From Alphaproteobacteria bacterium (GTDB lineage Bacteria; Pseudomonadota; Alphaproteobacteria; GCA-2731375): a stretch of DNA of 64,000 nucleotides. Both the position numbers and the translations under genes were made by a program. Shown here piece by piece: positions 19,313 through 26,592 of the stretch. The stretch lies in assembly GCA_965232515.1 (NCBI GenBank), contig CBDDPY010000002.1, positions 1,344,001-1,408,000 of the forward strand. The letters run 5' to 3'. The stretch's first letter is position 1; each line of letters starts with the position of its first letter. The notes under the pieces are model-generated. The model worked only from the letters and a program-made list of their open reading frames with translations. It made no database searches and was not told the origin of the DNA.

Positions 19313-20018
19313 ACTCGGACCACCGTTCGGCGATGATGGCGCGTGCGATCGGGATTGCGGTGGCGCGGTCCATGCCCGGCCGCAGTCGGTCGTCGTAGAG
19401 CGTGGCGAGGAGCAGCCTGTCAGCCGGGGTGAGCTCGAAAACCGTATCGGCTTCGCAGATGACGGACGGACGGTAGTGGCAGGCGTCGGCCGGCAGGCCC
19501 ATCGCCTGATAGATCTCCTCAAGGATGCAGTCGCGCTGGTCTCGTTCCGAGATGTCGGCGCCGATCAGCACAAGCGCGCCGATCACCTCGCCGTTGCCGC
19601 GTTGCGTGGCGATGTGCACCAGGCAAAGCGATGCGTTGATTTCATCGCCGGCACTTACCCATGTTGGCTGCACCTGACGAAATTGCCGGCGCGGCATAAC
19701 GGCGATTTGGAAATTGACCTGATCGTCGCGGACGGCGCTCCGGTTCCAGCCGAGACCGGTTGCTACGGCGATGTCATCCATGCTGGCTTTGAGGAAGGCG
19801 TCATGCAGGGCAAGGCTCGTTCGAGCGGCCTCACTGTCGACCCATCCAACGACTGGTTCGTTGGGCCAGCGCCGCATGGTGTCTTGGCCAACGCCGAAAT
19901 CATTACCGAAAGCGGCCACTTCGAATTGCCGGGCCACGTTCTCGGGTGTCGGCGTAATCGGCTCCGGGCCAGTCGACACGCAACCGGCGAGCAAGAGAGC
20001 GGCGAGCAGCACACGCAT
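19302..20018 (-). CDS. DUF2927-like lipoprotein
   Basis: Lipobox LLLAGC; CILEEIYQAMGLPAD; LTPADRLLLATLYDDRLRPGM. Confidence 0.8.
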   Translation of the reverse strand: MRVLLAALLLAGCVSTGPEPITPTPENVARQFEVAAFGNDFGVGQDTMRRWPNEPVVGWVDSEAARTSLALHDAFLKASMDDIAVATGLGWNRSAVRDDQVNFQIAVMPRRQFRQVQPTWVSAGDEINASLCLVHIATQRGNGEVIGALVLIGADISERDQRDCILEEIYQAMGLPADACHYRPSVICEADTVFELTPADRLLLATLYDDRLRPGMDRATAIPIARAIIAERWSEFME

Positions 20019-20056
20019 GCCGCAACCATATAGGCGCGAACAAAGGAGACGCAATC

Positions 20057-20890
20057 ATGTGTGGTACAGGCGGTGAAGGCGACAACGGCGGCGATGCCGA
20101 AGTTGACATTGAAGCGCAGGCATTCGGCGTTGGCCCGGTCGGGCAGACGGGGCCGGCACCGGGACCAGGGAATGAGCCGGGCGGGCCGTCGGACAATCCG
20201 GGTCCGGGTCAGTTTGGCGGCATCGGCGCGCCGGGCACGTCCGGGAATTTCGGCGGTGTCGGCGGTCCTGCCGATCTTGAAGCCGATCAAGCCGGGCGGA
20301 ACCCTGGCGCGCTGTCGCCGGGTAAGGGACCAGGGCCGAGCAGCAACACAGTGGGCAAGGTCATCAAAAATGTCTTGCCGTTCGGTGTGCCGCCGGCCGC
20401 TCTCGATCCGTTGGCCGAGAAGGGCGGCCGCGCAATAACAGGCCTTATCGAGGGCATAACCGGAGCGAAGGGCCAAGCCCCCGGCCAAGGCCCCAGCACA
20501 GGCAGCGAAGGCGGTCCCGCGAGCGATTTCGGCGAGAGCGGTAACTTCGGCGGTGTTGGCTTTGGTGGCGGAAACACTGGCGGCGACGGTGCGGTTGATA
20601 ATGGCGCTTCCCGACCGCTGGCAACGTCCGTGCAGACAGCCGAGCGTCAAATCGCGAACCAGCTCGGGCGGCCGGCGCCGCCGGCACGCGCCCCTGCGCT
20701 TGACCTGCCGAGCTCGAACATTGACGAGATCCGTGCCGAGCTGGAAGCAGAGAAAGACGCCCGCCGACGCCGGCGGCGCGCGACACGCGATTCAACGATC
20801 GTGACCGGTCCGCTCGGCGTGCCTGGGCAACCGGAGCTGCTGTTCACTCGCGCGATCCCCGGCGCGTCGCGTCGCCTTTTGGGGCAGTGA
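20057..20890 (+). CDS. Gly/Pro-rich protein with podovirus pre-portal virion-protein-like termini
   Basis: AAGGAG RBS, N-terminal MCG, C-terminal RRRRRATRDSTIVTGPLG...RRLLGQ. Confidence 0.7.
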   Translation: MCGTGGEGDNGGDAEVDIEAQAFGVGPVGQTGPAPGPGNEPGGPSDNPGPGQFGGIGAPGTSGNFGGVGGPADLEADQAGRNPGALSPGKGPGPSSNTVGKVIKNVLPFGVPPAALDPLAEKGGRAITGLIEGITGAKGQAPGQGPSTGSEGGPASDFGESGNFGGVGFGGGNTGGDGAVDNGASRPLATSVQTAERQIANQLGRPAPPARAPALDLPSSNIDEIRAELEAEKDARRRRRRATRDSTIVTGPLGVPGQPELLFTRAIPGASRRLLGQ

Positions 20891-21198
20891 CGATGGCCGA
20901 CGACGACAAGGTGGTCGAACTCAGCGACTCGCGCGGCGATCAGATCCAGGCCGATCAGCAATTCCTGCTCGACGAGCTACGCAAGTCTGCAGCAGCGGCG
21001 GCGGACATCCCCGATCTGGCCGGCTTCGCCCTGATCGCCTGGGACGGCGAGGCGAAGCCCTACACGCTGGTGAACCTCGGCGCGACCGTTAATCCGACCG
21101 TGCCGCGGCAGCTAATCCCGGCCTATGTGCAGATCGTCATGCAGCAGTGGCACGCGCTGTGCTGCGAGCAGGAGCGGTTAGATGGCAGTGAACTGTAA
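20887..21198 (+). CDS. Hypothetical protein
   Basis: GTGA overlap with the previous gene; DLAGFALIAWD. Confidence 0.65.
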   Translation: MTMADDDKVVELSDSRGDQIQADQQFLLDELRKSAAAAADIPDLAGFALIAWDGEAKPYTLVNLGATVNPTVPRQLIPAYVQIVMQQWHALCCEQERLDGSEL

Positions 21199-21247
21199 TT
21201 GACGCCGCTACAAACTTCCTAGTCGGTCATCGACGTCCAGTTGAGCT

Positions 21248-21592
21248 TCATTCAATACGCCAAGAATGGTCTGGATCAGGCACAAAAGTCACTCCAGATC
21301 CACTACCAACTCCGATTCCCCCCGTTTCATCCGGAATCAAGGATCCCTCATGTTTGGAATAACGGATCATCACCAGCCAACCGTTTGGCACTGAAACCCT
21401 CCAAAGCTCGTAGCACGTCGGTTGAGGTCGAATCTCGCTACCACAATCTCTCTCAATAACCTCCCATAATAGGCGGTACTGACCTGCAGACTGACCTGCA
21501 GCCGGCGCAGATATCAGCAGCAAACTCGCTGAGATAGCTGCGATGGCAATGGGAATCCCTAAAACTAGCGAGGCACGCATCGGATTGCTCAC
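21248..21592 (-). CDS. Small secreted hypothetical protein
   Basis: Signal peptide; RVSVPNGWLV...GVTFVPDPDHSW; GTGA-coupled to the Cys-rich ORF; low GC. Confidence 0.65.
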   Translation of the reverse strand: MSNPMRASLVLGIPIAIAAISASLLLISAPAAGQSAGQYRLLWEVIERDCGSEIRPQPTCYELWRVSVPNGWLVMIRYSKHEGSLIPDETGGIGVGSGSGVTFVPDPDHSWRIE

Positions 21593-21909
21593 TCACATCC
21601 GTCAAAGGGATCGCAAAAACAGCCGATCGGGCAATCCCCAGAGTGCTGACAGTACTGACCAACGCAACTCGTTGCCACAAGCTCATCAAATGACCGCAGC
21701 TCGTCCGGGCACCACGTAGCACGAATACAATTTGCCGAGCGCGCATGGGCCTCAGCAAACGAAAGTCCCTGTACATGGATTTTCTTTCGTGCGAGCGGTC
21801 CAGATTCTGGGTCTGCCACAAGGTATATCCCCGTGCCACTCATCTCGTTTTTGTTCTGGTTCGGCTGAACATACTTTGCAACTTCAGGATGAAGTTCGAA
21901 GGTCGGCAT
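21589..21909 (-). CDS. Hypothetical protein with Cys-rich C-terminus
   Basis: GGGAGG RBS; ends CVGQYCQHSGDCPIGCFCDPFDGCE. Confidence 0.7.
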   Translation of the reverse strand: MPTFELHPEVAKYVQPNQNKNEMSGTGIYLVADPESGPLARKKIHVQGLSFAEAHARSANCIRATWCPDELRSFDELVATSCVGQYCQHSGDCPIGCFCDPFDGCE

Positions 21910-22336
21910 AGCTACCTCCCGGCCAAATTGTCGAACACCATTTGATACTAGCAACCTTAGATTTTATAACAAACACCTGTAGCTATGAAACGGCAATTTG
22001 CCGGTAGACAGGTTTCCCCAATGCGCGAGCCTGCATCGGCGTCACCATGAACCCGTCGTGCTAGAGCACCTAATTTCGACCTACGTAAGGGACGTCATGC
22101 AGACATGGCACGGGCCGGCGTGCGGCCAGGAGCGGCTCGACGCCGGCAAGTCAGGGGGGAGAGAAGTAGCCCAGGCAGTCCCTTGCCGCTGTGGCGCGAA
22201 ACCTCGGCCAGAGAGGGGTGCTCTGTGGGGCATCCTTGGGCATGGAGAAAGAAAACAGGGAGGGCACCCACCTTGTTTTCGAAACTGCCGTCGATAATGA
22301 ACAGTGACGACCACAGAGCTTGCCAAGTGGGCGATG

Positions 22337-22546
22337 TTAGAGGCGCATGAACTGAACGAACGCCTGAATGGCGAACCCCGATACTACCAGCAGGAATCCA
22401 TAGAATTGGCGGTCGAACCGCTGTCCGCCACCGCTCCAGAACGGCCGGCGGTCCGGCGCCCTCAGTAGATGGTAGCCGAGAACTGCAAAGCCCACGCCGT
22501 CGCAGAGCAGCCCGACGAGATTGATGAACCCCAAACTCACAATCAT
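22337..22546 (-). CDS. Small two-TM membrane protein
   Basis: Two hydrophobic helices; AGGGGG RBS. Confidence 0.55.
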   Translation of the reverse strand: MIVSLGFINLVGLLCDGVGFAVLGYHLLRAPDRRPFWSGGGQRFDRQFYGFLLVVSGFAIQAFVQFMRL

Positions 22547-22577
22547 TGTCGCCCCCTTCTGACGTTGGCGGAGATTG

Positions 22578-23105
22578 TTATGTCGATGGACTGTCTTCAG
22601 ATGTCACGCCTTCCACATCTGACATTTCGATCGGCGGTATTCGCAGGTACAGCGGCCGCCCAAACGTGTGGTAGATCACGCCATAGACACGCTCGGTATG
22701 GGACCATTCAATCAAGTCTTGTGTCTGCTGGCACTGCGACATGAATTTCTCGCCAACCTTAAGAACGTAAGGGAGTGGATAGACGTCGCCTGGATGCATC
22801 ACGACGGCTGCCTTAGTCGATTTGTTGAGAAGCCAACTCCACCAACCGTCATAACCGAGCAGACCGATGGTGGTTATGGTCGTTGGGGTGGAGCCCGTGT
22901 TGGCAACGTCAAAGATCACGTATTTAGTGTCTCTTTCGAAGCCTCGGCCCCCGGCGAAAATCATGTTCGGCCGTGCCCATCCCTGTAACCGCGGTCCCCT
23001 CGACCACCATTTGATGGCATCCCAAACCAACACGAACGTCGCAACAATCGCCGCATAGATCGCGACAGGGTCGATTTCGTCGGCCAGATCAAACGTAAGC
23101 TCCAT
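22578..23105 (-). CDS. Membrane-anchored hypothetical protein
   Basis: N-terminal TM (VAIYAAIVATFVLVWD) then a beta-rich domain (FDVANTGSTPTTI). Confidence 0.7.
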   Translation of the reverse strand: MELTFDLADEIDPVAIYAAIVATFVLVWDAIKWWSRGPRLQGWARPNMIFAGGRGFERDTKYVIFDVANTGSTPTTITTIGLLGYDGWWSWLLNKSTKAAVVMHPGDVYPLPYVLKVGEKFMSQCQQTQDLIEWSHTERVYGVIYHTFGRPLYLRIPPIEMSDVEGVTSEDSPST

Positions 23106-23173
23106 GCTGGCACCCGCCTTTTCGATTTACGTTCGGCGCAATCTACAACCGATAATACAACCTAGCGGGCATA

Positions 23174-23198
23174 GAAAAGGCCCCGCCGAAGCGGGGCC
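23174..23198 (-). terminator. Intrinsic terminator of the Cre-like recombinase operon
   Basis: GGCCCCGC-TTCG-GCGGGGCC-TTTTCT on -. Confidence 0.85.
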
Positions 23199-23240
23199 AG
23201 TAGAGTCTTGGTGCGGCGAGGAAAGCGCCGCGGGGCCAGC

Positions 23241-24203
23241 TTACACGCGGTTCTGCGCTGTCGCCAGCTTGGCCGCCGCACCGCGGCGAACCATCAGGTT
23301 CTCGGTGTAGCGCGACACCATCAGCGCCGTTTTCCAGCCGCCGGCCTGCATGATGCCCGGCAGCTCGATGCCAGCCGCGACCATGTCCTGAGCGCAGCCG
23401 ACGCGCGTTGAATGCCCGGAGATGTCCGAGACCAGCGAATCGGCAACGCCGGCAGTGGCGGCCATGCGCTTGTAGATCCGGGCCACGTCGCCGCCCCGGA
23501 GACGGCTGCAGACGGCGCCGCCGAGCCGGACGGACCGGAACAACGCGCCATGCGCGATGTCGGCCGCCCGCAGCCACGCCGAGAGGTGCGCCACAGTGTC
23601 AGCCGCCAGGTACCGCATGGAGCCTTCGCCGCTCTGGTCGGTTTTGCTGCGCCGAATGAGCGCCGTTCCGTCGCCGGCCTCGGTCACATCGATGTCGGCC
23701 ACGTCCAGCGCCACGAGCTCGCTGCGCCGCGCCAGCGTGTCATAGGCGACGGACAGCAGCGCACGGTTGCGAAGGCCGATCGGCGTGTCGGGACAGGCCG
23801 CGAGCATGCGGTCGACCAGCGGGCGTGTCAGCCCGGCCGCCTGCCGCTGCCGCCGGCCTTTCTCGCGGTGCATGCGCTTCATGGCGAGCTTGACGGACAG
23901 GTCATCGGTTGGCGTCGGCACGCCTGCCGCACGGTGGAACATGGCGATGCTCGACACGTACCGCTGCACCGTCGCCGGCGCCCGGGCCTCGGACATCGCG
24001 TCGATGAACGCCACCACGGCCGCAGGGGTCGCGGGGAGGGGCGTGAACCCCTCCCGTACGCACCAGGCCGTCCAGATGGCCGTATCGCTCTTGAGCGCCC
24101 GCTCCGTCGCTTCGGCATAGGCGCCGCGGGCCTGCTCGGCGTGCCGCTCGAGATTGGCCAGCACATCGGCCGGCAGCGGCGTGACGGTGGTGAGCGCGTT
24201 CAT
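23241..24203 (-). CDS. Cre-like tyrosine recombinase
   Basis: YAEATERALKSD..W..WC, RNRALLSVAYDTLARRSEL, RSKTDQ, SGHSTRVG, GGWK, VSRY. Confidence 0.9.
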   Translation of the reverse strand: MNALTTVTPLPADVLANLERHAEQARGAYAEATERALKSDTAIWTAWCVREGFTPLPATPAAVVAFIDAMSEARAPATVQRYVSSIAMFHRAAGVPTPTDDLSVKLAMKRMHREKGRRQRQAAGLTRPLVDRMLAACPDTPIGLRNRALLSVAYDTLARRSELVALDVADIDVTEAGDGTALIRRSKTDQSGEGSMRYLAADTVAHLSAWLRAADIAHGALFRSVRLGGAVCSRLRGGDVARIYKRMAATAGVADSLVSDISGHSTRVGCAQDMVAAGIELPGIMQAGGWKTALMVSRYTENLMVRRGAAAKLATAQNRV

Positions 24204-24517
24204 GACGAGCCTCCAACACTCAGGCCGACACTCCACAAAAGGGGCAACGCCCTTGTCTCGGGTCCAGGCTGCCGGCCCTCGTCAACAGCGATGCGCCAGT
24301 ACCGCGCGTCGAAGTCGAACGGCGGCCGCAGCGGATCGGCGTTGAGCCGCCACGCCAACAATGACGCCTCCTCCTCAAGCCAAGCCCAGTATTTGCGCAA
24401 GGCCTCCTCGGACGGGCGTTCGATGGCGGCGACGATTTGCGGCTTGATGATGGCCGCCGTCGATGCGATGGCGCCCATACCTTTGACGACAGTGCGACGG
24501 GAAACGTTCGTTTTCAT
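24200..24517 (-). CDS. Hypothetical protein with twin-arginine-like N-terminus
   Basis: MKTNVSRRTVVKGMGA; GGGAGG RBS; ATGA-coupled to the recombinase. Confidence 0.65.
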   Translation of the reverse strand: MKTNVSRRTVVKGMGAIASTAAIIKPQIVAAIERPSEEALRKYWAWLEEEASLLAWRLNADPLRPPFDFDARYWRIAVDEGRQPGPETRALPLLWSVGLSVGGSS

Positions 24518-24528
24518 GGCCGCCTCCC

Positions 24529-25167
24529 TCACACCCAAGCCTTGCCGCAGGCCAGATACTCGACCGTCTGATTGCTGGCGATTTGCGCCCGGCACCCTTC
24601 CGCCGACTGTTGGGTAAACTCGTTGTCGGCAAGATCGTTTTCCCGGTCGTGGTTGTCTTCGGCCGGGTCGTCGTCTTCCAGCGGGTCGTCATCCTCGTTG
24701 TCGTGGTCAGGCTCCATGTCGGCGGCTTCGCTGCCGAACTCGGCCAGCCAGGCCAGCAACGGCGGCGTGACGGGAACGAGCAGGTAATCCAGATCGCCGT
24801 CGACGGGGATAAGGTCAGCGTCGGCGACCAGCGCGGCAACGACCAGCGTCGCCTTGTGCGCCATCTGCCGCCGCAAGATCGCCGCTTCACCGGTCATAGC
24901 GATGGCGATGTTGGTGGCGGCTGTCCGCCGGCCAGTCGGGGCGCACCGGTGGTACTTCAGCAGTCGCGCCAGCTTCAGCAGCACATGCCGTGTGAAGTCG
25001 AGCCCGATGTCGTCGTGCACGTCGAGCAGATCGGCCGGCACGTCCGGCAGAAGGTGCGGCAGGTGTTCTGCCCGGTCATAGGACCTGGCCGATTCGCGGA
25101 CGAAGTGCTTGCGCGACGCAATGCCGATCGCGCGGGCTTGCGCGGCAGCCATTTCGATGGGTGTCAT
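24529..25167 (-). CDS. Hypothetical protein with acidic tail
   Basis: First ORF after the c4-like leader; DMEPDHDNEDDDPLEDDDPAED. Confidence 0.65.
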   Translation of the reverse strand: MTPIEMAAAQARAIGIASRKHFVRESARSYDRAEHLPHLLPDVPADLLDVHDDIGLDFTRHVLLKLARLLKYHRCAPTGRRTAATNIAIAMTGEAAILRRQMAHKATLVVAALVADADLIPVDGDLDYLLVPVTPPLLAWLAEFGSEAADMEPDHDNEDDDPLEDDDPAEDNHDRENDLADNEFTQQSAEGCRAQIASNQTVEYLACGKAWV

Positions 25168-25218
25168 GATGATTTCCTACGTTTGGCTTTCTAGGCCATG
25201 CCAGCGGTCAGCGCTGGC

Positions 25219-25294
25219 GCCGGGAGCTAGAAACCGGACGTAGGACCGGCGGGCTTATTCCCCCGAAGGGTCTTGTATTCACCGCACTCCCGAC
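25219..25294 (-). ncRNA. c4/CI-like antisense RNA
   Basis: Closing stem CGGGAG/CTCCCG. Carries CCTACG and GTTTCTAGC, complementary to targets at 25340-25360 and 25176-25194. GGGCTTATTCCCC motif. Confidence 0.7.
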
Positions 25295-25370
25295 AGAAGC
25301 CGGGCATAAATATACCGCCAAGACCGGTGGCGGGAACCGCCTACGTTAGGTGTTTCTAGCACCGTCGATA

Positions 25371-25399
25371 ATGATAGATATGGGGCACCTAGTTTGCAA
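25371..25399 (-). promoter_or_regulatory. Sigma70-type promoter of the c4-recombinase operon
   Basis: TTGCAA-N17-TATCAT on -. Confidence 0.7.
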
Positions 25400-25473
25400 C
25401 CCTCGGCTAGTACGCAATTGATCGGAAGATTGGATCGCGGCGAGACGCAACGCTCAAACCTCAGCAATCGGCC

Positions 25474-26226
25474 ATGATGACAGTCAACAACTTCTCAGAA
25501 CTGATCGACGGAATTTCGACGATCATCGATGCGCGGCCAAGTGAGACGTGGTGGTGGCGGGGTCACGCCAGGAAGGACTGGAGCTTGCGCCCGAGCGTTC
25601 ATCGAGGCGACCTCGGGCATCGGTATGAGCAGAACTCGTTGGCGACCTTTGTTCGGTACAGCTCTGCACGGCATGCGAACTGCCCTGCGCGCAATGACCT
25701 GCCATCGTGGGCATTCCTGATGCAGCACTACGGGGTGCCCACGCGCCTGTTGGACTGGTCGGAGTCCCCACTCATTGCCGTTTATTTTGCTGTCGCCAAC
25801 CAGGCACACGAAGCTGAGGCAGGGGTGTTGTCTGGGCTACTTCCCGGCCCCATGAACCATCATGAAGCCGGCCTAGCCGGAGTGATTGGCATTAACGGGG
25901 AACCAGCTCGTTCATTGTTCTTGGCCATGAGCGATGAACGAATTCATGAAAAGCACCAAGAAATCATCGCGATACAAGCAAACCAAATGGACCCGCGGAT
26001 GCTGGCGCAGCTTTCGCACTTCACGATCCATGGCCGCGCCACACCTATTGAGCAGATCGATGTCGCGGGTCAGGTCCTCTTCCAAATAGAGATAGCGCCG
26101 CAAGCCAAGGCCGGCATTCGTGAGAGGCTGAGGCAGTTCGGAGTGAGGGAAATGAATCTATTTCCGGATCTCGAACACCTCGCTAACGAGATTCGTGAAT
26201 TGCGGTGGAAAGCGCCCGAAAGCTGA
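25474..26226 (+). CDS. FRG domain protein
   Basis: WWRGH..LRPSVHR, MQHYGVPTRLLDWSESPLIAVYFA, RMLAQ, LFPDLE. Confidence 0.9.
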   Translation: MMTVNNFSELIDGISTIIDARPSETWWWRGHARKDWSLRPSVHRGDLGHRYEQNSLATFVRYSSARHANCPARNDLPSWAFLMQHYGVPTRLLDWSESPLIAVYFAVANQAHEAEAGVLSGLLPGPMNHHEAGLAGVIGINGEPARSLFLAMSDERIHEKHQEIIAIQANQMDPRMLAQLSHFTIHGRATPIEQIDVAGQVLFQIEIAPQAKAGIRERLRQFGVREMNLFPDLEHLANEIRELRWKAPES

Positions 26227-26268
26227 ACGTCCAACTCGGCGCGAACCGTTGCCAAAGAACAGCGCCAT

Positions 26269-26289
26269 CTGCAACCCACATTGCAACCC
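26269..26289 (+). repeat. Paired integrase arm-type sites
   Basis: CTGCAACCC-aca-TTGCAACCC. Confidence 0.7.
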
Positions 26290-26406
26290 AACTGCGAAGG
26301 AATTGCCGGGATGACCGGGGACGAAGCGAAACACCGGACGCCACGAAAGGCCCGGATTTCCTAACTCTCAGGGAAGTGAAGGGACAGCGCGGTACGGTTG
26401 TAATCA

Positions 26407-26449
26407 GTTTTCAAGACCGGTGCCTTAAACCGCTCGGCCACCCATCCGC
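26407..26449 (-). pseudogene. att core copy 2: displaced 5' half of tRNA-Ser
   Basis: Identical 43-mer that ends at the anticodon loop. Confidence 0.92.
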
Positions 26450-26467
26450 GTCAGAATCGTGGCGCGA

Positions 26468-26497
26468 TTTCTAGCACCGTCGTGACCACAGCGTCCA
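26468..26497 (-). promoter_or_regulatory. Probable native tRNA-Ser promoter
   Basis: TGGACG-N18-TAGAAA followed by a GC-rich discriminator (CGCGCC), ~20 nt upstream of the fragment. Confidence 0.5.
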
Positions 26498-26592
26498 CGC
26501 CCACACCCCGAGAAAACACGCGCGCGAGCGGTCCGGTTGCTGCTAGCCTTGACGCACAAAACAAATGCCAAATCCGAAACAGGGGGCATGGG

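Larger units (their letters stand above)
11883..26449. mobile_element. ~14.6 kb integrative element (phage-satellite-like) in tRNA-Ser
   Basis: Perfect 43-bp direct repeats at 11883-11925 and 26407-26449. Integrase next to att, repressor/xis switch, helicase and origin. No capsid, portal or large terminase recognised. Confidence 0.92.

Noticed and set aside
20120-20400. Collagen-like repeat
   Set aside because: Gly-X-Y register holds for only a few triplets; general G/P low complexity.
22140-22300. Hammerhead ribozyme
   Set aside because: GAAA is present but I found no CTGANGA core in suitable geometry.
26407-26449. Second tRNA-Ser gene
   Set aside because: Only the 5' half; no variable arm, T arm or CCA.
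11883-26449. Complete prophage, gene transfer agent or ICE
   Set aside because: No capsid, portal, TerL, tail, lysis, relaxase or T4SS genes recognised.
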